Virus record (IMG/VR): IMGVR_UViG_3300021961_000021
Direction: 5' to 3' (one strand)
Length of the DNA: 64,000 nucleotides
Origin: a virus
Shown here: piece by piece, positions 54,730 through 64,000 of the stretch
How the letters are laid out: the number at the start of each line of letters is the position of its first letter
How positions within the stretch are numbered: position 1 is the stretch's first letter
Program-made: the position numbers and the translations under genes
Notes under the pieces: generated by a model
Seen by the model: the letters and a program-made list of their open reading frames with translations, nothing else
What the model was told of the DNA's origin: nothing
Database searches by the model: none

Positions 54730-55713
54730 TCACTTAGTCCAGCGACGGAGTGCATCGACGTAACGAGACATCGAATCCGTCATATCTGTATCCACAACAG
54801 GTTGTGCGTCTTCAGCAACAGTCTCTGCTGCCGCAGCAGGCTTGCTGGGGAAATATGATTCCTTCAGCATTCCAACTTTGTTGCGGAATGACTCTTCATC
54901 TTCAAACTCAACCCCTTCTGCAAGACCGTGAAGCTTCTCCTTTTCAGTTGAAGCGAGTCCTTCAGAAATTTCGTTCACAATCCCATTCTTGATATAAGCA
55001 CCAATGGTCTTGGTGAGTTCAACGTTTGCTTCAATTTGCTCGTTGAGTTTTGTTTCCATCGAATCAAGTTCTGACACCATTTCTTCAACGATGTCAACCT
55101 TTTCGTCGGGAACCTCAATGTGGTTCTCAACAAAAACTTGCTTAAGACCAGCAACAATCGACTCAGCGATCTCGGCTTTCAGACCATTTTCGATCGAGAG
55201 TTCGTTGTTGTTAATCCACTGCTGAACAGCATAGGTCAGATACTCATCTACCTGCTCAGCAAGATCGGTCTTAATTCCTTCTACTTCTTCAGCGAGAGTT
55301 GCAGCATACTCATTGTGTACGCGCTCCATCTCTTCATTCAGACGAGAAACAACCGCTGCTTCAAAAATTGTGGTTGCTTTCTCTCTGAATTCTTCAGAAA
55401 GATCTTCGCCCATCATCAGGGCATCTACATCAGCAGTCAGATCCACTTCAATCAGATCCTCACCTTCCAGTTCAGCAGACTCTGCTTTCTGGGGGGATGC
55501 ATCTGAGGGTTTGGTCTTAGGTGCAGCAGCCTGTGTTTGTGACGGCGACTTCATTTTATTGCTGTCATCAGTCGGCTTGCTGTTCTGGGGGGTAGGACCA
55601 CCCAGATCTTCTACGGAACCCAGAGAAGAACCATCAGCAACGGCACCGTCGAATTTAGCTTCGGTGACTTCTTGCTGTTCTTCGGATACCATTACCTGTT
55701 CATCTTGCGACAT
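54730..55713 (-). CDS. gp22: Prohead core scaffold protein
   Basis: LSEEFREKATTIFEAAV, YLTYAVQQW, KESYF; GATAAATA at 55758-55751. Confidence 0.9.
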   Translation of the reverse strand: MSQDEQVMVSEEQQEVTEAKFDGAVADGSSLGSVEDLGGPTPQNSKPTDDSNKMKSPSQTQAAAPKTKPSDASPQKAESAELEGEDLIEVDLTADVDALMMGEDLSEEFREKATTIFEAAVVSRLNEEMERVHNEYAATLAEEVEGIKTDLAEQVDEYLTYAVQQWINNNELSIENGLKAEIAESIVAGLKQVFVENHIEVPDEKVDIVEEMVSELDSMETKLNEQIEANVELTKTIGAYIKNGIVNEISEGLASTEKEKLHGLAEGVEFEDEESFRNKVGMLKESYFPSKPAAAAETVAEDAQPVVDTDMTDSMSRYVDALRRWTK

Positions 55714-55759
55714 TGGTTGTCTCCTTAGTAGTCTTTGCTATTCTTAGAAATATTTATCT

Positions 55760-56410
55760 TTACAGAGTTTTCAGGAATGCTGAGAACGCGGAAAGCTTTC
55801 TTTCTTCCAGGACTCTGCGAGATGCTGCATTGTCGAGTTGTCTTTTAATGTTAGCAATCTCGGACTCTTTAAGAATACCGTTTTGCCAAACCCACTCTTT
55901 ACCTTCCATAATTCCCTGAACAAAAGCGTCGGGGGCGGAGGGGTCTGCTACAATATCTGCAGCAGTAGCGAGCATAAAATCATCAGCGACAATCTTTACA
56001 CCATCACGGGATTCTCTCAGTGAACCAATACCACGAGAAGAAACGCCGAGTTTTACGCCTTCATCCAGAAGGTTACGGGCAATATTGCCCATAGGGGTAT
56101 CCAGGATTCTGGCACGACCACGGAAATTATTTCCCTCTTGTGTAAGAGAAGTAATCAGGTGGGAAACGCGATCAAGGTTTACTGTTGGACCATCAGGATG
56201 ACCCAGTTCGCCAAGTGCGCGACCAGTTTTAACAAACTGCTCATTGTATTTATCAACTTCCCTTGCAAGGGTTGCGATGGGGTACATACGCCCGTTGCGA
56301 TTTTTTAGTTCGCCTTGAAGAAAGGTTCCCTCAATGTAAAGACGTTTGGCACCACCTTTTTCTTCGGTGATGATTTGTACGTCTTCAATCGTCTCCGTGA
56401 TCAGTTTCAT
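55760..56410 (-). CDS. gp21: Prohead protease (start revised to MKLI)
   Basis: KNRNGRMYP, ALGELGHP, GVSSRGIGS, DIVADPSAPDAFV. Confidence 0.95.
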   Translation of the reverse strand: MKLITETIEDVQIITEEKGGAKRLYIEGTFLQGELKNRNGRMYPIATLAREVDKYNEQFVKTGRALGELGHPDGPTVNLDRVSHLITSLTQEGNNFRGRARILDTPMGNIARNLLDEGVKLGVSSRGIGSLRESRDGVKIVADDFMLATAADIVADPSAPDAFVQGIMEGKEWVWQNGILKESEIANIKRQLDNAASRRVLEERKLSAFSAFLKTL

Positions 56411-56579
56411 CTTGTTCGATTTCCTCTTCAGGTTGTAAGAAATTTTTTGCAATTTGCTGTTTTTTCAACTCAAGTTGTTGAACAGCAACTGCTTTCATAG
56501 CATCATCAACTTCTGTACTCAGGTCTTTTGAACCCGAAAACAATTTGTTGACGATTTCCATTGCTTCAATAGACGGCAT
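56385..56579 (-). CDS. Small prohead core protein (gp67/68 position)
   Basis: 64 aa between gp20 and gp21. Confidence 0.65.
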   Translation of the reverse strand: MPSIEAMEIVNKLFSGSKDLSTEVDDAMKAVAVQQLELKKQQIAKNFLQPEEEIEQDETDHGDD

Positions 56580-56603
56580 AATTAAAACCTCATATAATAC
56601 TAT

Positions 56604-58229
56604 TTAGAATTCTCCGCGTTTGTAATCAGCAGGAGCAATTGCTTCGATTCCTGTCGGACCCAGATCTTCTGGTGCTTGCTCTTGTTGTGCCATAGGATCT
56701 TCCAATGGCATACCAGTTGCAGGATCAATGGATGCTGGATCTACCAGTTTACCGTCTGCAATTTCTTTCTCAATTTGCTTGTCAATCTCCTCCATTTCCG
56801 CATCAGTCTGTCTAAGAATTTGACGACGAATGTAATCAATGGAGAAGTATTTACCAGCATAGGGATCCATTGCACTAACAAGATTCAAACGTTCTGTCAG
56901 AATTTCTTTCTCTTTCAGTTCGCTGAAGTAGTTGTCGGCAACAAAGTCATACTGGATGTGCTCTGACATCTCATCCCATTCTTCAATGGAGATGATACCT
57001 TTCAGAACAAGTTGTGTCTTCAACAGATCGTGGAAAAGTTCAGAGAACTTTTTGCGGAGACGGGTGACAAACTTTTGAAATTTAACTTCGTCACGAGTAA
57101 TCTCTGCAGCACGACCAAGATTGAAAGTGGATTCCGATTCCAACCGTGACTCGGGCACGTTGAGTGCACGGTAGAGCTTACGCTGGAAATACTTAACGTC
57201 TTCCAGTTCGCCCAGGTTCTGCCCGCCAGGAAGGGTAGTGATCTCTGTCCCGCGCCCTCCCTCGCGTCGAGGAAGCCAAAAATCTTCCAACATAGACATA
57301 AATTTGCGATCATCTCTGATCTCACCCGTATCTGCGTTATAGACAAGTTTGTTTCTATAACGAGACATAACCTCACGAAGGTATTGTTCTGCTTTTTGTT
57401 TCGGCAGATTACCAACGTCGATATAAAAGATTCTGCGCTCAGGAGCACGAGACAATCTGTAGATCACCAGACTATCTTCGATGATTCTGAGTTGGTTCAG
57501 TGCTTTAATTGCCTTGTGCAAATGTGACATAATCACATTCTTATTCATATCCTTCAGCCCAGAATGGGAAAAGGCGATGGCATCGGGAGCAATCTTTACA
57601 CCAGATGTTTCAAGACCACGAAGACCTTTGGGATTGTAGATGTAGTATTCAGCTGCTTTGGGAGCAAGTTGTGCTTCCATAGTTCTGGGATCTACATACT
57701 GACGATCCTTCTGCTGTTCGTACTCAATAACTTTACGAATCTTACGAGGATCGATATAGCGAAGTTCCGTAATTCCACGACGGGGATTCTTTACATCGAT
57801 CATCTTGTGATAATATAGTTTTCCGTCAATGTACCAACGACGGAAAATGTCATAAGCCTTTTTATCAAAATCTAGCAGGCGAAGAATATTGTGAAACTCT
57901 TCTCTGATTTTCTTTTTGATATTATTACTTACTTGCAGATTTGAGAGTTCGACTTCTACGGGAGTATCATCGAGTTCACCTGCAATTGCTTCATTAACCA
58001 CGTCATCGATAGCACGATCACATTCTGGATGGATCGACATTTCTCGATAACGACGAATCAAATCTGCTTCGTCTTTGTAGGAACCATCTAGATCAATAGA
58101 CGTTCCGAAGAACCCACCTCCCGCCAAGGGTGTGGCGGCATCATCAGATTCTTTACGCACGAAAGAAGGACCAGTCGCCTGGCCCTTCTTAGCGCGTTCA
58201 AGAGAATAACCAAAAAGTTGGGACATCAA
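56604..58229 (-). CDS. gp20: Portal vertex protein
   Basis: FRRWYIDG, IEDSLVIYRLSRAPERRIFYIDVGNLP, EDFWLPRREGGRGTEI; ATAAATA at 58255-58249. Confidence 0.97.
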   Translation of the reverse strand: MMSQLFGYSLERAKKGQATGPSFVRKESDDAATPLAGGGFFGTSIDLDGSYKDEADLIRRYREMSIHPECDRAIDDVVNEAIAGELDDTPVEVELSNLQVSNNIKKKIREEFHNILRLLDFDKKAYDIFRRWYIDGKLYYHKMIDVKNPRRGITELRYIDPRKIRKVIEYEQQKDRQYVDPRTMEAQLAPKAAEYYIYNPKGLRGLETSGVKIAPDAIAFSHSGLKDMNKNVIMSHLHKAIKALNQLRIIEDSLVIYRLSRAPERRIFYIDVGNLPKQKAEQYLREVMSRYRNKLVYNADTGEIRDDRKFMSMLEDFWLPRREGGRGTEITTLPGGQNLGELEDVKYFQRKLYRALNVPESRLESESTFNLGRAAEITRDEVKFQKFVTRLRKKFSELFHDLLKTQLVLKGIISIEEWDEMSEHIQYDFVADNYFSELKEKEILTERLNLVSAMDPYAGKYFSIDYIRRQILRQTDAEMEEIDKQIEKEIADGKLVDPASIDPATGMPLEDPMAQQEQAPEDLGPTGIEAIAPADYKRGEF

Positions 58230-58254
58230 ATTGTAGCAGTTACTCTATTATTTA

Positions 58255-58941
58255 TCAGATTGCGCCAGACCCACTATTGTTGCCTGTGTTGACATCGGTA
58301 TCGTAGGTCCAGTATTGTACTTGGAATTCTACGGTGTACTCTTCGGGGGTGTCATTGTTGCCCCAGTCGAGTTCAATTGCACCGATGTTGCTCGGCCAAA
58401 TACCTTCAAACTTGTAGGTACGAACAACGTTACCTTTGCGATCCAGTTGGCGAACCTTAGCGGATGCCTGATAATCTGCAATGGTGTTTGCGTTCTGATA
58501 GTTCTGCTGCAGTGCTTGAATGTTGGATGACCAAGACTCAAAGAATGCGCGGAACTTGAAGGACTGATCGTTAAGAACGGTAACAGTCCAGGGTTCAAAG
58601 GTACGATCGCCAGCGATCTTCAGCATACGACCACGATAAGGAACATCAACCACGCCCACAACAGAAGCGGGAATGTTTGCTGCCTTAACAAGGAAAGTAC
58701 CGAATGCTGATACCTCAGGAGCACCCAGAGTGGATGCACCAGATGCTGTTTCACTAGCGTTTGCTGATGAACCAGCTACCCCGCCGATAGAAGGGCTTAC
58801 GCCCCCCTGCAGAATCGGCGGTGCATAGATTTCGCATTGGAAAAGGTTAGGACGTGCGAAATCCTTTACTTGATCTCGGAAAGTGAAGATTGGAGCTCTC
58901 ACTGAAGAGAGCTCAACCTGTCCAGGTTGCTGTTCTGCCAT
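58255..58941 (-). CDS. gp19: Tail tube protein
   Basis: ARPNLF, KIAGDRTFEPWTVTVLND, FEGIWPSNIGAIELDW, VEFQVQYW. Confidence 0.94.
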   Translation of the reverse strand: MAEQQPGQVELSSVRAPIFTFRDQVKDFARPNLFQCEIYAPPILQGGVSPSIGGVAGSSANASETASGASTLGAPEVSAFGTFLVKAANIPASVVGVVDVPYRGRMLKIAGDRTFEPWTVTVLNDQSFKFRAFFESWSSNIQALQQNYQNANTIADYQASAKVRQLDRKGNVVRTYKFEGIWPSNIGAIELDWGNNDTPEEYTVEFQVQYWTYDTDVNTGNNSGSGAI

Positions 58942-58970
58942 TGATTTGCTCCGTTGTTAATTCTCTTGAA

Positions 58971-61751
58971 TCAGTTAGTGACCTCTGCGAAAGAAGTACC
59001 AGTTCTTGTCGCAGTGAAGGTGAGGGTGATGTAGTTGATCGAACGTGTGGGCTTCACGAAGATTTCAGCGAAGAATTCGCCACGATCGATTGCTTCAGGC
59101 GGGTTGTTGCTGCTGTCGCAAACTACGAGGAAGTCAATAACACCTCTACGTGACTGGATTGAACGGAGGAAGGGTTCAACGATATTCTTGAATCCTGCAC
59201 GAGTAAACTCGTCATTCAGTTCAAACAGTTGGGTCTTAGCAGCGTTGCTGATTGCATCTTCCAGAACCAGGAACAGGCGACGAACGTTGATACGGTCGAA
59301 AGCAGACTGGTAAGCAAGTGCAGTCTTATCACCGAACAGGACAATGCCCTGACCAGGGAATGCAACAACAGGGTTAACGCGAGCAGCGTACAGACGATCT
59401 CTGTGATCCTTCAGAGGGGAATATGCAAGCTTGATAGCATTGCGAAGTTGACCTCTGTTGAAACCAGCAGGTGAATACCAAGCTTCACCATTGAGAGTTG
59501 TCGAAAGTGTCAGACCTGCAACGTCAGCGTTGCAAGGAATGTAACGATACTTGTCGTTGTACTTATCGTAGATGTACTTGTAGTTGTTGTCGAACACTGC
59601 ATATGAAGTGCTGGACAGTTGATTGAAGAAATCAATACTACGGTTTACAATGACGTTTGTATCGGTTTGACCGATAACGTCATTTCTAGGAGGAGAAACG
59701 AATGCCAGACAATCCTTACGGGTTGCTGCAATGTCGATGATCTTTTGTGCCTTGGCGATAGTATCAGCACCATCTGCCAGTGAGGGACCCATCAGGATGT
59801 AATCTACATCCACAGTTTCCTTGTCGCTAATCAGTTCGTATGAACCCAGGATCTCGGAACGATTCAGGGTGTAACCGTCAACACCACCAGCAAGACTGAA
59901 CTTAGCGGTTGAACCATTGGTAGTACCGATCAGTTCTCTTGCAGCAGCAGTTTCGGATGACTGAATTGCTTCTGCTTGCTGGAACAGGTCAAATGATCTG
60001 CCAACACCACTCAAACCGATAGAACCGTTTGCACCAGCGTCAACATCGAAAATCGATGCTGTTTCGTGTGAACCCCAGAAAACATATGTGGAGTTGTTCT
60101 TGATGACATCCTTGTAGTAGACAGTTTCGCCTTGTACACCACGAGCATCGGATGCTTTGGAGACGAACAGGAACTTCTCAAGAACCGAACCAGGAGTACC
60201 AGTCAGTTTGCCGTCACCGTCGATGACCAGGATGTGCATTTGGTCATTGCGACCTGCACGATCATCTACCCAAGGTGAAGTTGTGGGACGAGGAGCAACG
60301 TTGATCCACTTCTGGCTACCACCGAAGTAACGCTCTTCGTAGTCTGAACGAACAGACAGGATCTGAACGTTTGCAGAACCACCACCGTTGTCATCTTCGA
60401 TCATATAGTTTGGAGCAAACAGTTCTGCGCCTGACGCACGAACGGTGCGAAGTTGACGCTCAATAGTTTGAATTACTGCAACATCACCAGTTCTTGAACC
60501 ACCAGTTTCCAGAGTCCACAAAGCGATAGCATCGCCAGGCTCCAGAACATCGGAGGAAAGAACATAGTTGACATTCAGTTCCAGTTTACGAGTAACGGGA
60601 TCGTATGCAACGACCTCACCCTGTACGTCAATCGCAGACGGTGTGAGGGAATTGGTTTCTGCTCTCCAGTATTCGCCAACTCGGAAATCACCAGCAATAG
60701 ACTGTGATGCAAGAGTTGCAACGATTGTGTATGAGTAGACCTTACCACTTGCATTACCCAGTGAATATGCAACATCAGCAGTACCACTGAAGTCCCATTC
60801 GTTTGCTGTGGGTTGTGCCAGTGACAGAATCTGATCGGCACCAGCGTCTGTCATTACAACACGGATGGAGTTGCCATAAACACCAGGAGTGCGTGAACCC
60901 CACTTCCAGGAGTTAGAACCACCTTCAACGGATGCCTCATACTGATCCAGGTTGCGAATCAGGGGAGCAACAACACCAGTGGAGGTTGTTTCATTGATAA
61001 CAGTAACACCAGCAGTAACTGTCAAACGAGTTACGGTAACGCCATCAGTATGTGAGGCAGCGGTTGTGCTCAGAGCACCACGCTCAACGGTCAGATCTTC
61101 ACCAGCAATTGCAGATACGCGAACGACTTCATCTTCAACTTGCAGATAGTCGTTGACTTGAACTGCCAGAGTTGCTGCAGAAGAAACTGTGATTGTTGTA
61201 GCACTGGATGAAAGCGTACCACCCTGATTCAGAGTTGTTGCTGTACCAGCGTCTTCAATCAGAGTAATCTGTGATGCTGCTTGGTGAGATGTTGCTGCTG
61301 TTGCCAGTTGACCACGGAGAACCGTCAGGTCATCTGCATTAACTGCAGTGACTCTCAATACTTCTGCGTCAATCAGGAGGTAATCATTGACTGAAATGCC
61401 TGTTGCAGAACCTACTGTCAGCGTGGTATCTGACGCTGAGAAAATTGTGGTAACATACTGTGCAGTATCAATAGCGTTCTTAAGTGCGCTAGAGTCTGCT
61501 CTGATAACCTTCAGTGTACCACCGTACAGAAGGAACTGTGCTGCTGAATACCAGTATTCGTAGTTGTAGTCGTTAGGGCGACCGAAAATTGCAAGTAGTT
61601 CTTTTTCGCTGGTGATGTCAACGATCTGGTTGACAGGACCTTTCTCGAAAGAACCCACAATAACGGCAACATTATCAAGAGTTGCGTTAGCAACTGTAGT
61701 CAAATCCCTTTCAAGTACAACGACCCCTGGTGAAAGTTGGGTAGATGCCAT
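58971..61751 (-). CDS. gp18: Tail sheath protein, enlarged (926 aa)
   Basis: SPGVVVLERD, WYSPAG, RINVRRLF, FVKPTRSINYITLTF; ATAAATA at 61797-61791. Confidence 0.95.
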   Translation of the reverse strand: MASTQLSPGVVVLERDLTTVANATLDNVAVIVGSFEKGPVNQIVDITSEKELLAIFGRPNDYNYEYWYSAAQFLLYGGTLKVIRADSSALKNAIDTAQYVTTIFSASDTTLTVGSATGISVNDYLLIDAEVLRVTAVNADDLTVLRGQLATAATSHQAASQITLIEDAGTATTLNQGGTLSSSATTITVSSAATLAVQVNDYLQVEDEVVRVSAIAGEDLTVERGALSTTAASHTDGVTVTRLTVTAGVTVINETTSTGVVAPLIRNLDQYEASVEGGSNSWKWGSRTPGVYGNSIRVVMTDAGADQILSLAQPTANEWDFSGTADVAYSLGNASGKVYSYTIVATLASQSIAGDFRVGEYWRAETNSLTPSAIDVQGEVVAYDPVTRKLELNVNYVLSSDVLEPGDAIALWTLETGGSRTGDVAVIQTIERQLRTVRASGAELFAPNYMIEDDNGGGSANVQILSVRSDYEERYFGGSQKWINVAPRPTTSPWVDDRAGRNDQMHILVIDGDGKLTGTPGSVLEKFLFVSKASDARGVQGETVYYKDVIKNNSTYVFWGSHETASIFDVDAGANGSIGLSGVGRSFDLFQQAEAIQSSETAAARELIGTTNGSTAKFSLAGGVDGYTLNRSEILGSYELISDKETVDVDYILMGPSLADGADTIAKAQKIIDIAATRKDCLAFVSPPRNDVIGQTDTNVIVNRSIDFFNQLSSTSYAVFDNNYKYIYDKYNDKYRYIPCNADVAGLTLSTTLNGEAWYSPAGFNRGQLRNAIKLAYSPLKDHRDRLYAARVNPVVAFPGQGIVLFGDKTALAYQSAFDRINVRRLFLVLEDAISNAAKTQLFELNDEFTRAGFKNIVEPFLRSIQSRRGVIDFLVVCDSSNNPPEAIDRGEFFAEIFVKPTRSINYITLTFTATRTGTSFAEVTN
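61023..61445 (-). repeat. Two tandem ~65-aa repeats inserted in gp18
   Basis: T.TV.SA...VNDYL....EV.RV.A....DLTV.RG.L.T.A.SH appears twice (about aa 103-165 and 179-243). Confidence 0.8.
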
Positions 61752-61836
61752 TGCTTAATCTCCTGAAATTGCTTTCATTTGTGCTAAAAATATTTATGAT
61801 TTAGAAAGTCTCAACTGGGGAAACACTGCGTGAACA

Positions 61837-62067
61837 TCACCAATCTGGATATGTGTATCCAGTAGAATCCAATTTATTGTCCCTTTGTGCTAAAACTCTC
61901 TTGATGGTACATACCTTACATTCATATGCATATGATGATGGTATTGCACCTCTTCCTTTTCGTGTGCGATAAAATCCATCAATGAGATCTTTAACTTCAC
62001 CACACGAGCGACATTTACGATCAACAAACAATAGATGTTCTAATCCAAGTTGATCTTCTAAATCCAT
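61837..62067 (-). CDS. Small zinc-ribbon protein
   Basis: CRSC...FYRTRK...YECKVC. Confidence 0.7.
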   Translation of the reverse strand: MDLEDQLGLEHLLFVDRKCRSCGEVKDLIDGFYRTRKGRGAIPSSYAYECKVCTIKRVLAQRDNKLDSTGYTYPDW

Positions 62068-63716
62068 TATCTATATTCCCACATATACGCTCTATCACCG
62101 TATTCATCCAGATGCCATAGATCACCCTCGGCATCTACAAAAGATGACTCTCCAAGACCGTCGTCCATAAAACCAAATGGTGCCATATCAGACTCTATGG
62201 CTTCCCGTTGCTCTTCATACATTCTTTGGCGAACATCATTGTCGTGGAGTTCTTTAAAGTATGGTTGAACGGATAACCAAGCAAATATAACCAAGCACAT
62301 TGCTAGGTCATCATTGCAACCTTCCTCTGCCTGCCACGAATTACCCTTTTGAATAAACGTTGTCAGTTCGCTGATAATTTCATAATCAGAAACAACCATC
62401 TTATCGCCTTCCAACAGTTGCTTTAGATTGGAACACCCAACCTTCTTAACTGCCGAACTCATCTTGACACCAAGTTGTACTTTACCGCCAGAGAATCCCT
62501 GACCAACAACTTGACCTGCACGACCGCGCATAGCGCACATCAACAAATTATCGTATTCAAGATCAAATTGGATGATGTCTGCAACCTGAGCGCCGATATC
62601 ATTCACCTCACACATTATGTATGCGTGATTATATGCCTTTGCCGTTTGAACAATAATGTCGGGAAACAGCATAGGTTTAACTTCATTGTTTCTATACTTC
62701 GCTACCAATTTATACGGAATTGTGCTAGTATCAAACAAACAAAACGCTGAGTAGTCTCCGTCTATGCCTCTAGCAACGTCAACGGTCATTGTGTAATTAT
62801 GTTCTGGAATCGGATCCTCATAGACATACAATCCTGCGCTCGATTTAATAGGATCATCGTATGCCATTGTTCTGAGCTTATTAGGCGATATCAGAGTATC
62901 AACGGATCCTAAGAATTCGCACTCAAACTCAACTCGGAACTGTTGCTCCGACGTGTTACGAATAGTTTGCTCTTTCCACTTTTCATCTCTACCAGGAACT
63001 TCACTCCAATGAACTTCAGTTGGAATATATTCATTAGTACCACGCTCGGCATCGTGCCATAGCTTGTAGTACATATTCATCCCGTGCGGTGTAGAGATGA
63101 TGATAACTTTTGTGGATTTACCAGATGAAATTGTTGGATATACTGAACTGAAGAACTGGTCTGCGATGTTGTTTGGAACGAACGCAAATTCGTCCAAGAA
63201 GATCACGTTAAATGACATACCACGAACAGCAGATGCTGATGTGGATGCTGCCAAGATACGACTTCCATTCTCAAGTTCTACACTACCTTTGTTCCATCCA
63301 ACAATGCCTTGCTGCATCCACTTGGGTAAGTTTTCATAAGACAATTGCAAACGTTGTAGCATCTCTCTAGCAGTTGCTGCTTTGTTAGCAAGAATGGCAA
63401 CGTTTACGTTTGCATTAAAAATCACATACCATAATAGGTATGATGTAACCACGGTTGACTTACCAGACTGACGGGGAAGTTTGGCAATATTGAATCTATT
63501 ATCGTGAAATCTTTGCACCATCTCTTCTTGGAAATGGTACATATCAAATGGAATGACACCCTCATCCAGAGAGACAATCCTAATATATTTCTTAATAAAA
63601 TATACTGGATCCGTACTACATTTTATAAATTCCTTAACCTGATCTGGAGTAAAGTTAGTTGCAACGTTTGCTTTTTTTAGGTTAGGATTACCAAGATATA
63701 CGGAAGTGTCAGCCAT
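62067..63716 (-). CDS. gp17: Terminase large subunit
   Basis: LPRQSGKST, IFLDEFAFV, IIISTPHG, TVDVARG, DDLAMC. Confidence 0.97.
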   Translation of the reverse strand: MADTSVYLGNPNLKKANVATNFTPDQVKEFIKCSTDPVYFIKKYIRIVSLDEGVIPFDMYHFQEEMVQRFHDNRFNIAKLPRQSGKSTVVTSYLLWYVIFNANVNVAILANKAATAREMLQRLQLSYENLPKWMQQGIVGWNKGSVELENGSRILAASTSASAVRGMSFNVIFLDEFAFVPNNIADQFFSSVYPTISSGKSTKVIIISTPHGMNMYYKLWHDAERGTNEYIPTEVHWSEVPGRDEKWKEQTIRNTSEQQFRVEFECEFLGSVDTLISPNKLRTMAYDDPIKSSAGLYVYEDPIPEHNYTMTVDVARGIDGDYSAFCLFDTSTIPYKLVAKYRNNEVKPMLFPDIIVQTAKAYNHAYIMCEVNDIGAQVADIIQFDLEYDNLLMCAMRGRAGQVVGQGFSGGKVQLGVKMSSAVKKVGCSNLKQLLEGDKMVVSDYEIISELTTFIQKGNSWQAEEGCNDDLAMCLVIFAWLSVQPYFKELHDNDVRQRMYEEQREAIESDMAPFGFMDDGLGESSFVDAEGDLWHLDEYGDRAYMWEYR

Positions 63717-63720
63717 TAGA

Positions 63721-64000
63721 TCATTCTACAAGTGTACCGTTTTGTCTACGAATCTCTTTGAGTTCTTCAAAGTTCTTTTGCTTGGTTCCACCATCGTATG
63801 CCCAAGCATATCCTTCTTCAATCATTTGCTCGTTGAGAGACAACTCTGCGTCCCCAACGTATAACCAACCCAGAAGGCGACCGTACTTCCCGAAACCACC
63901 AACAAGTTCAGTCCTAATAATGAGATCATCAGCACCAGCAATAGCGCCTGCCAATTTCTCCTCAAGCCAGTGGGTAGCATCATAACCCAATGCTTTTTCT
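63721..64000 (-). CDS. Staphylococcal-nuclease-like protein, 5' end outside window
   Basis: GKYGRLLGWLY...LNEQMIEEGYAWAYDGG. Confidence 0.8.
   Translation of the reverse strand, partial: EKALGYDATHWLEEKLAGAIAGADDLIIRTELVGGFGKYGRLLGWLYVGDAELSLNEQMIEEGYAWAYDGGTKQKNFEELKEIRRQNGTLVE

Noticed and set aside
1-64000. CRISPR arrays, group I introns, inteins, transposases, integrase
   Set aside because: No repeat-spacer arrays; psbA, nrdA, nrdB, gp41, gp43 and gp17 are contiguous and of ordinary length; no recombinase motifs recognised.

Overview
64 kb of a T4-like cyanomyovirus (Kyanoviridae-type) genome, read almost entirely on the minus strand. In plus-strand order it holds: small hypothetical genes; psbA; a three-enzyme cell-wall cassette; a photosynthesis/redox cluster (2 hli, peroxiredoxin, petF); tRNA-Arg(UCU); talC; a glutamine-riboswitch region; nrdB/nrdA and primase; late hypothetical or virion genes; the replication/recombination core (mazG, gp41, uvsX, gp43, regA, gp62, gp44, gp45, gp46, gp47, gp55, uvsW, uvsY) with inserted accessory genes (porin-like genes, hsp20, a plus-strand secreted-protein operon, dam, six 2OG-Fe(II) oxygenases, denV-like, cobS/cobT-like, speD); and the morphogenesis block (gp3, 23, 22, 21, 20, 19, 18, 17). 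Two signals stand out. (1) A lysozyme appears to be fused to its N-terminal module by a programmed -1 frameshift: a lambda-type G GGA AAG heptamer, a 6-nt spacer and a 10-bp hairpin. (2) Two tandem glutamine-II (Downstream-peptide)-like riboswitches occur, the second carrying an entire 51-codon ORF nested in its variable stem, upstream of a DUF4278-like peptide. Family names come from motif recognition, not database searches. No CRISPR arrays, introns, inteins or transposases were seen.
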